DNA of 63,169 nt, counting the filler. It is 8 parts of 8 records of this genome, joined end to end, with 100 filler letters (N's around TTAATTAATTAA, not from the genome) between each part and the next. Parts side by side here need not be neighbours in the genome. Positions count along the whole stretch, not along the records: positions 9,753 to 17,416 come from SRR7504441_770; positions 17,517 to 23,691 come from SRR7504441_771; 6 more parts are not named here. One strand, written 5' to 3'. The translations under genes were made by a program, and so were the position numbers. The notes under the pieces are model-generated. The model saw only the letters and a list, made by a program, of their open reading frames with translations. It was not told the DNA's origin and searched no databases. Shown here one piece after another: positions 12,316-23,791 of the stretch. Numbering within the stretch: the first letter of the stretch is position 1; each line of letters starts with the position of its first letter.

Positions 12316-12917
12316 ATGCCAGTGGCGGCTTCAGAGAGCGTCACGCCCTACCATTCGGGCCGGCACGGGGACGCGCTCCCGGTGCGGGTACCGTACAGCG
12401 CCACGCAGGTCGCTGGCCTCATGCGGGCCACCGCGGCGCTCCCTGGCAACAGCGCCACCCATCATCACCAGCAGTGCGATCTGGCTCGCCACGAGCTCGT
12501 GGGCCAGCGGGAGCTGCGGGCGGCGTACCAGGCCAAGGTGGCCCGGGAGCGGGATCAGGCGGCCGCTCGGGTGCCCAACCCACTCCACGGACTGCTGGTA
12601 GCCTAGCGGCCTGGGCGGGCGGCGAGCGGGGGACAGCACGGATGCCGCGGAGGCCCGGCGCCAACCATCGGGGAGCTGACTCGGATGGGTCCGCATCGGG
12701 ACTGGGGGGACGTCAAGCCGCACCACGCGATGGCCCGGTCCATTGAGCTGAGCCGGCCGCACACGGCGAGGCTCGAACTGGAGAGAATGCGCATGAGCGG
12801 CGACGCGCGCCAGACTAGGCTGCGGTGAGCGAGCAGGGTGAGCGAGGGCGAGCGGCGGACAGGAGCACCGGGGACGCGGAGAGCTGGAGCCCGGGCCCGT
12901 ACCTCATCACGCCCTAA
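12316..12917 (+). CDS. Hypothetical protein, 3 exons
   Basis: ATG at 12316. Two ~38-39 nt GT-AG introns of the genome-typical form give a continuous frame to TAA at 12917. No recognisable domain. Confidence 0.45.
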
Positions 12918-13159
12918 CCTCAGCGGCTGTTGGGCCTCAAGGTTACGGCATTGCCGATGCTCTGCACTCTAGCCACGAGTAGGTCTACATGCCCAGTCTG
13001 AGACAGGGACTATTCATGTAAAGGCTATCGTATATCCATCTTTCAGTATCTCAGCCTATCGTACCAAAGCCCGTCTGTTTGTTTGTATGTCTTAAAAACT
13101 GATTTATGTTTATGAATTTTAGAAGTTAGCAGCAACCGTCGACTCAGCTCAGGCTCTCG

Positions 13160-14074
13160 TCAGCTATCGTCATCGCTGCCATCCAGCCGATAGCCTAGCA
13201 GCTGAGTCTCGAGCTCGGGCGGGTACTCCGGGGCTGTGGGTATCAGCCAGCTCAGCCTGAACCGCCAGCTCTCGCCTCCGAACAATTCATTAATCCCCAA
13301 CTGCTTATGCTGTTGGCCCTTCAGCCTGTCTATATAAGAATTGTTGGTCCGGACAGTCTCAGCTTGCTCGAGCCCCACCTGCGAGCTGAAGCAGCCGCAG
13401 GCCAGCGCCTCGACCGTCAGCAACACGAACAGCATCAGCTCCACTAGCCCGACCGAGCCCTTCTGCTCACATGCCTCGAGGCTGTGCAGTGCGCAGGAGA
13501 AGGAGGCTATCATGAGCAGCACCAGCGCGTGCGCGGCCATCCCGAAGATGTAGAACAGGAACAGCAGGAAGTACTTGTGGTTGCGCAGACCGACGCAGTT
13601 GTTGAGCCATTCACAGTGGTGGTCCATCCTAACTACGCACCGCCCGCACACTCGGCAGTGGTGCGCCCGAGGTGGTTTAAACCCGCCGCCGCACGCGGTG
13701 CATCGCTTTGCGCTCTCCAGTCCGGGCGCGACCGGCGTGGCGCCCGGGGGTACAACGCCGGGGTCGGTGAGCATGGCGCGCAGGTGGCATACCAGGGCCA
13801 TCCCGGCGATGCTGTTGAACAGCCCCAGCTGGAGCGATCCAGAGAGCGACCGGTCGGGCGGGGCGGGGACCAGCTCGCTGTTGACGACCCAGACCGCGAA
13901 CCCGATCAGGGCGTAGGCGCAGCACACGCAGCCGGCCCCGCACGGGTCCCAGACAAGCCACTGCCAGGCCTTCGGGTGGGTGCCGCAGCCCCACCGGGCC
14001 GCCCGGGCCCGCTGCTCCTCCCGCCGGGCGGCCGACCGCGCGAACGCCGCAGCAAACCCGCCGGCCCGCGCCAT
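13160..14074 (-). CDS. DHHC-type protein S-palmitoyltransferase
   Basis: [51 protein letters not shown] plus four TM segments and a TDPG motif. Confidence 0.95.
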   Translation of the reverse strand: MARAGGFAAAFARSAARREEQRARAARWGCGTHPKAWQWLVWDPCGAGCVCCAYALIGFAVWVVNSELVPAPPDRSLSGSLQLGLFNSIAGMALVCHLRAMLTDPGVVPPGATPVAPGLESAKRCTACGGGFKPPRAHHCRVCGRCVVRMDHHCEWLNNCVGLRNHKYFLLFLFYIFGMAAHALVLLMIASFSCALHSLEACEQKGSVGLVELMLFVLLTVEALACGCFSSQVGLEQAETVRTNNSYIDRLKGQQHKQLGINELFGGESWRFRLSWLIPTAPEYPPELETQLLGYRLDGSDDDS

Positions 14075-14152
14075 CTGCGCAGCTGCCCTTCCTCCTCCCA
14101 AGCCAGTGGCCGGCTGCAGCCGGTGAACCGGTCAGCCAGCAACGGCTCTTCA

Positions 14153-15518
14153 ATGCAGGCGCCCTCTTGTAGAGAGAGGTTGGGAGTGACCAGCCGGGGG
14201 CAGGCTGCCAGCCCGTCCACGCCGGCCCGCGCAAGCCCTGCCGGCCGGCCCCCGAGCACCCCCGACAGCATCCGGGCCATCATGGCCATCACCCAGGCAC
14301 GCTGCCAGCCCCGGCCCAGCTCACGGGTGCAGGGTTCCCCCGATGTGCACGTGCAGCGGCTGCGGGTGGGCCTGCCGGGCCCCGCGCTGGGCGATCGACT
14401 GGTAGGTGGAGCTGCTCGGCGCGTGCTCGCAGCAGCAAGAGACCGAGGAGCGGGTGCCGGTGCTGGCTGCCAGTGTCGACGCACCGCGGCAGGTGGGGCG
14501 GCTGTGCGCAGCGATGGACAAGGAACGGACCGCGCTGCACCAGCTGCTGCCGTGCGCCCGCAAGGCGATCGAGGCCGCTGAGGCCAAGCGCAATCTGGTG
14601 ACGCCCTCTCCTGGCCGGCGCGCCAGATCCCTGGGTCAGGCCGAATCCCGACTAGCGGGGTCGGAGCAGCGGTTGCAGTGCGCCCCACGGGCGGCAGGGT
14701 GGCACCTGGCGGGCAGGGCGGAGCGGGCGAGGTCTGCAGCGCTGGTCGACAGGCTACACGGAGGCGGGAGTGATGGGGCGGGTCTGGTCGTGTCGGGCCG
14801 GCCGGTGATCGTTGGGCTGCAGGGCTGGCCGCGGTGCACGCCGAGCTGACGCGGCTGGGCGGGGACATGGGGATGATGCTCGAAAGGCTTGCCCAGGTGC
14901 CCGAGTCGGGCGCTGCCGGGGCTGCGCTTGCAAAGTTCCAGGCAAGTGCTGTTGGCTCAGGTGTGAGTGAGGTGTGGTGCAGGCGCTCGCAGGAGGGATG
15001 GGCTGGCTGGACAAGCAGCTGCAGGCGCTGGTGGCCACATGTGACGCGGCTGGCCGGCCGACCGACGAGCCAGAAGCCAGTCCCGCGGAGGAGGTCTGGG
15101 TAGAGTGTGGGTGATAAGGCTGAGTGGGCTGCAGCTGGTGGAGCAGCTGCAAGCCTCGCTAGCCGAGGCGGCCGGCCAGGCCGGGGCGGGCTGACGGGAG
15201 GGCAGGCAACTGGGCGGGCCGAGCGGTATCAGACAGAGCTTGAGAGCACTAGGAGCCAGCTGAGCAGGTGGGTGCAGCCAGCGGACGGACTAACGGTGCA
15301 ACAGGCTAGAGATGGAGCACAAGGAACAAGCTGAGCAGCTGAGTTACGCCAGGGCGCAGGCGGCCAGCTTTGACCAGTCGCTCCGGCGGGCTGACGGCGG
15401 GAGAGATCCGTGGTTCGGGCCTGCGGCTGTGAGGGTCTCGCTTGGCGGTTCAGACTCTGATCGAACAGGCGATGCTGGCAGCCCCGAGTCGCCGATGCGG
15501 CAATCCGCGCCTGTCTGA
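14153..15518 (+). CDS. Hypothetical multi-exon coiled-coil protein (boundaries approximate)
   Basis: A series of short helical ORF fragments (AMDKERTALHQLL, AERYQTELESTRSQL, MEHKEQAEQLSYARAQ) separated by ~40-nt GT..CAG segments. The exon chain is not fully resolved. Confidence 0.4.
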
Positions 15519-15958
15519 TGTGCGGGCTCGTGCTGTCTCCGTGGTTGTGTATGGCGTGCTAACATCATGACACGATAAACGGCATCATCATGATTCACAT
15601 TGCATTGTGCTCGTAAGATCTGATGCGTTCATGGTGCCCAATAGTTATGGTCAAGCCCTTGAGTAATCTGAGTCCATCACTAGCAAATATTAGTCGACTC
15701 GCTTCGCAGAAAGGCTTGACATTCTTCCGTGCCGATTCGAACTCGTTCCACTCAACGAGTAAGTAAGTCAAGTGGACTCTTCGCAACTGATCGCAAGTCT
15801 TCTTCGATTCATGCCCATTCATCGACATTGCATGGGTGCTTATTGCGCACGCGCGGGTGGCGGCGGGTCGTACGACGTGGCGCTGCGCATGGGAGTAGGG
15901 GGCGCAACGATTGCTGAGAGCCGCGGTGCCCATTGGGTCGGTCACGGATCGACACGCC

Positions 15959-16256
15959 GATGAGCAAGCAACAGCCCGAGCTGACCACCCAGCCAGTCCC
16001 CTACCGGCAGCCCCCGCAAGCTGGCTGGGCGCCCTTGGTCTGGATACGCAATAGCAACGAGCTGACAGCAGCGGGCTCGCGAGCCGCATCTGCAGGCCTG
16101 CTGTTTCGGTCCCTACAGCTGGGCGCTCTCGAGAGTCAAGGCTCAGACCATGCCAACCCTGTCGACAGGTCTTGCCCAGGACCTGTTCTGCTCGTCTGCG
16201 GCGCTGCTGTGCGCGCCTGCCGACGAGCCGCTGCGCCGCGCGCTGTTCGACTCATC
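15959..16256. ncRNA. Candidate structured non-coding RNA (unassigned family)
   Basis: Nested complementary segments seen by eye, with a closing helix between 15959-15975 and 16242-16256. No convincing protein on either strand. Confidence 0.3.
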
Positions 16257-16331
16257 ATGACCACAGCGTCAGTTTATTTGCTGCGGCCAAGCAGCAGGAT
16301 GAACGAAACTAAGGGGAGAACCGGGACAAAT

Positions 16332-16761
16332 CTAGTTGGCCGCCTCCTTCTTCTTTGCGCTGGTGCCTGCCACCCCACCGGCTCGGCCCGCCGACGCGCC
16401 ACTCGGGCTCACCCTCACGGAAACCGTTCTTGGCGCGACGCGGCATGTTCTTCAGGTAGCGGCAACGGCCGGAGCCGGTGGTCTTCCTACGGAGTGCCTT
16501 GCGGCTCCAGTTATCTGACGCGCGCCGGTCAGTGCTCCGCCGCTGAGCTGTCGAGGGCGGGGGAGGGCTCACAAGAGCGGATCTTGGCTGCGGGGTAGCC
16601 GCAGGCAGCACAGGTCTTCTTCTGGATGTGGTAAGACCGGCGCCCGCACCGCCTACAGATAGTGTGCGACTTGTTGTGACGCTTACCGAATGAGGTGGTT
16701 CCCTTAGTCCTGCCCACACACACACGGTCACACACCCCGCGCGCGCGCCCCCGGCTCACAT
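16332..16761 (-). CDS. RPL37: 60S ribosomal protein L37 (eL37), 4 exons
   Basis: Spliced product [91 protein letters not shown]. Three GT-AG introns, the first (16710-16759) inside the start codon. Confidence 0.96.
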
Positions 16762-16843
16762 CCTGCTTCCCTCCCTGAAGGCTGTCTCGCACGCCGAAGT
16801 GTAGTGGCTGATCAATAAACCTCCGCAACGGCCAACGGATCAC

Positions 16844-17176
16844 ATGCCCGGCGAGTCCGGCGAGGTTCCCACAGTGGACGGGCCGTCAGAGTGAGCCGGC
16901 CGGCTTGCCGCGGGGCGAGCTCGCTCGGGCAGCCGGGAGTCCGAAGTTCGGCGGATGGTCCTCCGGCGCGAGGCGGGCGAGCCCTTCCCCGGGGGGCGGT
17001 CGACCAGCCAGATCGCGACCACACGGGAGTGGGTCGGCGAGTTCGTTGCGCCGCAGGAAGGTGGCGGGCCGGAGCCGGGCCGGCCGGAGCCCCCGGGGGC
17101 AGGGCTCAACAATATCGCGCAGGCCAGGAACACTATAGACGACATCCTGGCGATGATGGACGCCCAGTACGAGTAG
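16844..17176 (+). CDS. Small hypothetical protein, probably 3 exons
   Basis: ATG at 16844 is divergent from RPL37. Two 42-nt GT-AG introns give a continuous frame ending [17 protein letters not shown]. Confidence 0.45.
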
Positions 17177-17416
17177 GGGGGTCGCTCCGGCCTAGCTGCG
17201 CGTGTCCTCCGAGCCAGATGTGCAATGATCACACTTTAAGCATAGGCGGCGGCCAATGTAATCATTAAATGTAGTATTAACTCTACAAAAGGGCGGCTAA
17301 GACTTGGTGGACAGCGCCAGCTTTATCTCAACGCCAATCCCGGCTGCACCACACATTTGAGCAGTGCGGCCATCCTCGCCATGCAAGTCTAGCCCCGCCC
17401 CCGCCTCGATCAGCGC

Positions 17417-17516
17417 NNNNNNNNNNNNNNNNNNNNNNNNNNNNNNNNNNNNNNNNNNNNTTAATTAATTAANNNNNNNNNNNNNNNNNNNNNNNNNNNN
17501 NNNNNNNNNNNNNNNN
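17417..17516. other. Artificial contig linker
   Basis: N44-TTAATTAATTAA-N44. Confidence 0.98.
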
Positions 17517-17564
17517 GCCTGATTTTAGCAAGGTTTTTCCGCCATAACAGTCTGCCAACGCCGT

Positions 17565-18515
17565 ATGTCCAGCGTAGTACGTAGCGTCAGCGCTGAACAG
17601 GGTACGGTCTTGTGCTTCCCCTGCGGTCATCCGGCCAGCTTTGGAGAAGCCTGGCCGCCGTCGCCGATTGTCGTGCAGTGCCTTGCATATTTTCTCCCGC
17701 CTTGCGGACTTGTGGAGATCGCGTCTCCTACCGGGCGTCATCATGTGTCTCATCCCGAATTTGTGAGCCGGAGTGAGAGAATTCCTGACAAGTTGAATCC
17801 GATGGTGTTCTCTGTGTTTGATGAGCAGCTGTCCACCCCGCCTGTGGTCCAGCGGCGGGGCAAGCCCGGCCTGCAGGCCGGACTCCGACCGCGCAGCCTG
17901 AACGACGCGCAGCCCGGCTCCCCGGCTGCAGGCCTGCTCAAGTCCCCGCCGCGTTCGCCGTTCGTGCCGCGAGCCGGCCGGTCCCCGTCCATGCGCGAGC
18001 GCCGTAATCAGGCGGTGGCCGTGGAAGTGCTCCGGATGTTCTCGCCTGAGGCGGTCAGCCCCGAGGCCGCTGCCAGCAGCCGGGGACTCCGGGAGGAGGC
18101 GGCCAGGTCAGGATCCGGGCTCATGAGCACCCTCGCTCGGCTGACTGGGCTGCGCTTCTGCAGGGTGGTCCAACGCTTCTGGCGAGAGTACCTGGTGCGA
18201 GCGGCCGCTGCTGTGGTGCCGCATACGGAGCCGGAGCAACAAGGCTCGTGGACGGCCGGGGTGAGTACGGCCGCCGGGCTGTCGCTGATTGGCGAGCTGC
18301 AGATAAAGTCGAGCGTACAGGGGCTAATACGACAGCGCCAGCAGCTGATGGCGCAGGCAGCGGATGCCCGGGAGCGGTCGAGGCGGCGGGTGGCTTCTCT
18401 GCTCAGGCGGAAGGTGGTCCAAGCCTCGGCAAGTGCTGAAAGGCTGGCAGCATTCGTGACGACTTATGTTTGGGAAGGAGAGGGCTCGGTGTCGCTAAGT
18501 TCTAGAATTGTGTAA
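17565..18515 (+). CDS. Hypothetical protein (start uncertain; IQ-like segment)
   Basis: A 316-aa ORF with Pro/Ser-rich and helical segments, including an IQ-like CRVVQRFWREYL. It is followed by an AT-rich 3' spacer. Confidence 0.4.
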   Translation: MSSVVRSVSAEQGTVLCFPCGHPASFGEAWPPSPIVVQCLAYFLPPCGLVEIASPTGRHHVSHPEFVSRSERIPDKLNPMVFSVFDEQLSTPPVVQRRGKPGLQAGLRPRSLNDAQPGSPAAGLLKSPPRSPFVPRAGRSPSMRERRNQAVAVEVLRMFSPEAVSPEAAASSRGLREEAARSGSGLMSTLARLTGLRFCRVVQRFWREYLVRAAAAVVPHTEPEQQGSWTAGVSTAAGLSLIGELQIKSSVQGLIRQRQQLMAQAADARERSRRRVASLLRRKVVQASASAERLAAFVTTYVWEGEGSVSLSSRIV

Positions 18516-18886
18516 CGTGTATAGTAGTGCGGTGAATCCCTAGTGAGCTGATGCAGCCTCAAACCGGGACAGCCCGGTGCAGGCATTTGCAGCATCGCGT
18601 GCTATAAAATTCGTCGTTTTCGAGTGGAGGTTGAGCGTTGATTGTGCTATGATCTTTGTTACTACGTTGTTACATGTACGAGTAGCCGTTGTGCATGGCA
18701 TGCTCATGGATCATATAAGGCGCTCTTGATAATGTGTATACATGTAAACTATTACAAGTGTACGAAAGTACATGTTAACAATCATAACATTACCAGTACT
18801 CGTACGAGTACATGTAATATACTGAGTATACTCTGATTTATTGCACCTACGAGAAACCCGTTGACCAGTGACTGTGTAGACTCACA

Positions 18887-21800
18887 CTAGTATTGGTCAT
18901 CCTCTGGGCTTGGAGGTGAAAGGTCGTCAGAAGGTTGGTATGTCGGGGCGGGCCAGTCGCGCCCGGCCACATTCCGTTGTTTTGAAGGACTTTCTGATCG
19001 CCTAGACGGACTACCTGATCGTCTTGATGGGCTTGCATTGCGCTTCGATGGGCTGCTTGATCGGCCTGTAAACCAGTTCTTGCTGGGGCTTTTGCTGGGG
19101 CTCGAAGCGCTACGTCCGCCAAACCAGCTGGGGGCCTCTCCCATGGGGTTCTGTTCTCCACCCAGCAGCTCTCGCAGTTGCTTCATCGACTCGTAATCTA
19201 TGTTACTGATGCAGTAATCGTCATAGCGAAGGAGAGAGTTCATCGCCTCTTCGGCCATTTCGGCATTCTTGAGTTCGATAGCCTTTTTGACTGCGTCCCG
19301 GCCATCTTTATCATCGATGAAGAATCCTTCATCGAGGTCGCTCTGTACTTTACGCTGCCGATTGTCGGTAACAACATACTTGCGGCCGCACATGAACATG
19401 AAGCCACAGCCCTGACTAGTCACATTGCCCCGCGGCTCATATGGAAGCTGGTCACTGCACAGCGGTTGGCCCATGATCTCCTTCTCATCAACCAGCTTTT
19501 CCAAGTACTTTACCATCTTCTCCAGTATCTTATTTGCCTGCTCCTTCGAATCTTTGTACTGGTCGGCTAGCTTATGCTTTCGATCAAGATTAAGCTGGTG
19601 CTTTACGTTGAGTTTGTCAGTCTGCTTCAGCCAATGCTCAAATTCAGTCAGCGTCAATGCATCCTGCAGCCCAGCATACGCGCTGCAGAACTCGTCCAGG
19701 CGTGCCTGAGCCCGCCGGGATTCAGCCTCGATTGCATACACTGAATTTGCCAATTCAAGAGTCCACCGCTGGTACTCTTTAGTGGCTCCCTTGCGGGGAG
19801 ATCCACATTCATTCTCAGGCTTGTGCCTCTCGTTCCACGTCTGCGCGCGAGTTAATGCAATTTCACAGCTCTCAATTGAGTCAGCGTCGTTCAAGCACCG
19901 CAGTGCTATAAGTTTCTCATGACGAATCTCGAGATGCTGAGCCTCGGTTTCAACCTCCTCGTCCTCCTGCCGTATGCCAGTAATTCGCTCCAACGCCTTG
20001 GCACAAGCTTCTTCGGTTTGAGCGCTGGCCATTTCGCTCAGCGCCATCAGCTTGGCCCGCAGCTTAGTTGCTGCGGTCAATTCCTCGGCGAAGCCGTTCA
20101 GCTTCAAGTCACTCTTTGTTGCTTCCGCAGAATCAACTGCTTTAGTCAGCGTCTGCAGCGTTTCAATATCAACTGCGCCAAGCAGGTCTTCCTTGTGCAA
20201 CGCCACTAGCTTCTCTTCCGCGGTTTTCACGGCGTCCTCAAAGCCACTGAGATTGTCATCACTACTTAGCTTCGTTTCGAGGAGGGCATACTGAAGTGCC
20301 GAAATATCGCTGGCTTGGCTGAGCTGCTCTTCGTGCATCTTCACCAGTCTCTCGAGTCCTGCTTTCGTCTCCTCTTCCAGACCTTTCGTTCCTCTGACCT
20401 TTAGCACGAGCTCGCGCATCACCGCAACATCCATCTCGGACTCCAGTTGTCCCAGAATGTGTTCATGCACCTCCAGCTGAGCGCGTGAGGCGTCCAGAGC
20501 AATGCCAAGCTTCGATCGACCACAAGGTAAGCCGTCATAGCTCTCTGATAGGCCGAAGCTGTCAGCAGGCAGCTCCTCCGCCTCTGTGACAGCCTGCTTG
20601 AGTTCAGCAACTGTGAAGGCAACTTCGAGACTGTCCAGTATCTTTTGGTGTTTGTCGCGCATGTCTTTGACACGCTTTATCTCCTCAGCAAGCTCAGGGC
20701 TGTTATCACGAAGCTTCCGGGCTTCGTGCAGCGCCTCAGTGCAATCCTCCAGAGTCGTGCAACTGGCAAGCATCGCCATCGCGTGGACTCTATCGAAGCG
20801 CTCCTTGGCAGCCATGATTTGTGTAGCCAGCGCATCCCTTGGCAGCACTTTGGCGGACTCCGCCGCATGGTGTAATGCCGTTTCAAGAGCTTCGTATTGT
20901 GTGGCATTCTCAAGCTCCTCGATCTGAAGCTCCATGAGAACATTGCAGGTCTTGACGGTCTCGGGCTCCATTCCCTGAATAAGATGCGCTTTGCCAATCG
21001 TCACGGTTAGCTCATGAATGTTACGCTCGCTCTCAAACCGAGCAAGCGCCGCACACATCGCCTTCCGCTCCTGCAATCGTGCACCAGCAGCCTCCGCTGA
21101 AATTTTGAGCGCCCCAGTAAATGCACGAGAATCTGCTTCCTCTACTGCCTTCAGTGACGTTTCCAAGTCCTCGACCGTGTAGGCTAGGTCCAGGTTGACT
21201 CGGCAAGTGCTCAGATGGTCGTGCAGCGTGTATGCATCATGATACGATTTTTCAGTGCCCATCTGTTCATAGCATTCATCAGTCTTATGCTTTGCCAGCG
21301 CAGCCTCCAAGTGTTCGATTGAGGCTGCCTCTTGAAGCTCCTTCGCATAATCTTCTCTCCTTGTCCGCCTGGACCGACAGCTGTTATACTCATTGGCGAC
21401 CTTCCCTTGTTGGAGGTCCAGATTGGTTTCCCTGGACACCTTTTCAGCCTTATTTATCGCTTTGTTCAGTTCCTCGAGCGTGATGGCATCGTGCAGCCGA
21501 TCGCGAAGCGCGGTCCACTTATCATACAGGCCCTTGGACTTGTCGACCTCGCCCGTGAAGGCAATCGACTGAGTGAGCTCAACAGCCGCTGGCATCACCT
21601 GCTCAAGCTGTTCGAGCGTTGTCACAGAGGACATTTGATCGTAAATCTGGATCTTGGTTCGCTGAGCTTTGGCCTCGTTCACAGGCTCCACTAAGGCGTC
21701 GTGAGGCAGAAACTTGTACGACGCATAGGCCCGCTGCACACTCAAATCCACCTTCTGGGCCAGCGCCTGGCGATCTCCTAGTGACATGGCCTTCAGCTCG

Positions 21801-23660
21801 CTTGTGTCGATTTTTACCGCCGCGAGTTCCTGCTCATGCAATTCTTGCAGCCGCTTTTGTGCGTTTTTGTACCGGTCCTCTTCGTTGAGCCGATGGCATG
21901 GCATGCCTGGGCATTCTGTTTCCAGACTGAGCACCTGAACCAATGACTCAATCGTCGTGGCCCCGTCAAGGTTCTTTATTTGCTTCTCCCGGTTATTGTG
22001 ATGCTCGAGAGTTTCGTTGAAAGTCTCCTTGAGCACGCCTTCCTTCGTCTCAGCCTTGGCCTTTTCCAATACAGCCTTCAGCTCGGCGAGCATCACCGCG
22101 TCCTTAAGCTTGTCAACAAGTCCAAGCAGCTCCGCCCGGCGCCGTTGGATTGTGCTCAGCTCGAAAGTCAGCTCGGCCTGCAAGCCGCTGCTCTGGATGT
22201 ACTCAATTGCAGCATCGCAACGCTCGATTGTAGTCGCCCCCTTCACTAGATCGTGAGCGCTCATCGCCTGATACCGCCTTGTGGCATCCGCATGTGCCAC
22301 GTCCATCATGCCGTGGAGGTCATGCCGACCCACAGGCTGGCCCTCCTTCGCCGCCTTCTTTAGTGCCTTCTTTAGCGCTTTAGCATCTTGTGCATTGTTG
22401 AGGTTGTCACAGATCTTCTTCAGCTTGTCCAGTCTGTCTTCAGCCCTGCTCAGCAGCGCGGCGTTCTCCCCACTGTTGATCAAATAGCTGGCGTGCGCGT
22501 TCACCAGGCTAATCCTCTCCTCGATCAGTTCAATTGTATCCAAATCATCGAGCCCACTCATGAGATCCCGAAGCTCAGCCCTGCGTTCCACAGCCTGGTT
22601 GTAAGCTTGCCTAAACTGCCCCGTATCGTCCTTGACCGGAAGCTCCTCCTTATCGGCGATATCGATCGCGCGCAGCATCTCCTCCGAGTCCGTGCCATTG
22701 AGCAGCTGAGCCATCAGCCCCTCCAGATGTGCCTTCTGCTTCTTGGCCTTCTCGGTCACCTTGTCCACTGGGCCGCCACTGAGCCGGCCCATCTCGTCCA
22801 GGATCTCCTGGTACCTCTCCATGCTCTGCTTCCGCCCAGCCTGCTTCTCCGTTTCTTTTATTCTCTCCAGCGTCAGTTTGGCCGCCTCATACGCTACACT
22901 CAGCCGACCGGGCCCGCTCGGTGGGTACTCTTCCAAGAACTTGACTGCGTCAATCATCTGGTCCAGGTCGGGATTCCCGGGCTCCAGGTACTGGCAGAGC
23001 TGGTTAAGCTCGTCCAGCTTGTCCTGTACTTTCTCGACCAGCTTCGCGCCCCAATCGCCCTTCACTGCATTCACCGCCACAGAGATCTCCAGCAGCCGCT
23101 CGATGCTCAGGTCGCGCTCGTCGTCCACCTCCTTCTCGTAAGCCTGCAACTGAGCCTTGGCCCTCTTGGCTGCCTGCACTCCGGCGTACAGGCGGCCGGT
23201 GTACACCGCTGGCGGCATCCCGTCGCACTTGCTGAGCGCCGGCACGAACCTATCGGTGTCCTCGGTGGCCTCGAGGTCGGCGCACAGGTTGTCCATCTCG
23301 CGCTCCATGTCCTTGAGCCTGTTGTAATCCTGCTCGAACTGGTCCTTGTTGCCCAACACCTCCGGGCTGCTCGCCCGGCCCAGCAGCCCCTCGATCTGCC
23401 GAAGCACGTCTGCCAGCGTCTCCAGGGCCACCGGGTCATCTACACGCCTGAACAGCTTCTCCAGGCTGGCATACTCGCCCGACAGGCCTGCCGTGACTCA
23501 GCCGCGGCCCAGCCGGCGGCGCACTCTGCTTGCCAAGCCCGGCGATCTGGAAAGGGTCCGGCGACTCATCCTCATCGTCGCTGGAGCTGGAGCTCGTGTC
23601 ATCCTGGCGCGTTGGCTGGCTCCTCGGGCTGAATGCGCCCAGAGGATCCGGCCCGGCCAT
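18887..23660 (-). CDS. Large alpha-helical tandem-repeat protein (~1,580 aa)
   Basis: A 1514-aa uninterrupted ORF joined to an upstream exon (ATG 23660) by a 37-nt GT-AG intron. Recurrent LxxAxT(I/L)ExLxxAL motif and a C-terminal SP-rich tail. Confidence 0.8.
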
Positions 23661-23691
23661 GCCGCGCAGTCAAGCTGCACGCTGCAAGGCA

Positions 23692-23791
23692 NNNNNNNNN
23701 NNNNNNNNNNNNNNNNNNNNNNNNNNNNNNNNNNNTTAATTAATTAANNNNNNNNNNNNNNNNNNNNNNNNNNNNNNNNNNNNNNNNNNNN
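23692..23791. other. Artificial contig linker
   Basis: N44-TTAATTAATTAA-N44. Confidence 0.98.

Noticed and set aside
13484-14868. Long overlapping antisense and alternate-frame ORFs (here and at 22388-23632, 32612-33160 and 45392-46159)
   Set aside because: These are Arg/Pro/Gly/Ala-rich shadow ORFs expected from high GC opposite real genes.
16143-16259. Box C/D snoRNA on the minus strand (ATGATGA ... CTGA)
   Set aside because: The terminal stem is weak and I could not confirm an rRNA antisense element. It is kept only within the broader candidate-ncRNA finding.
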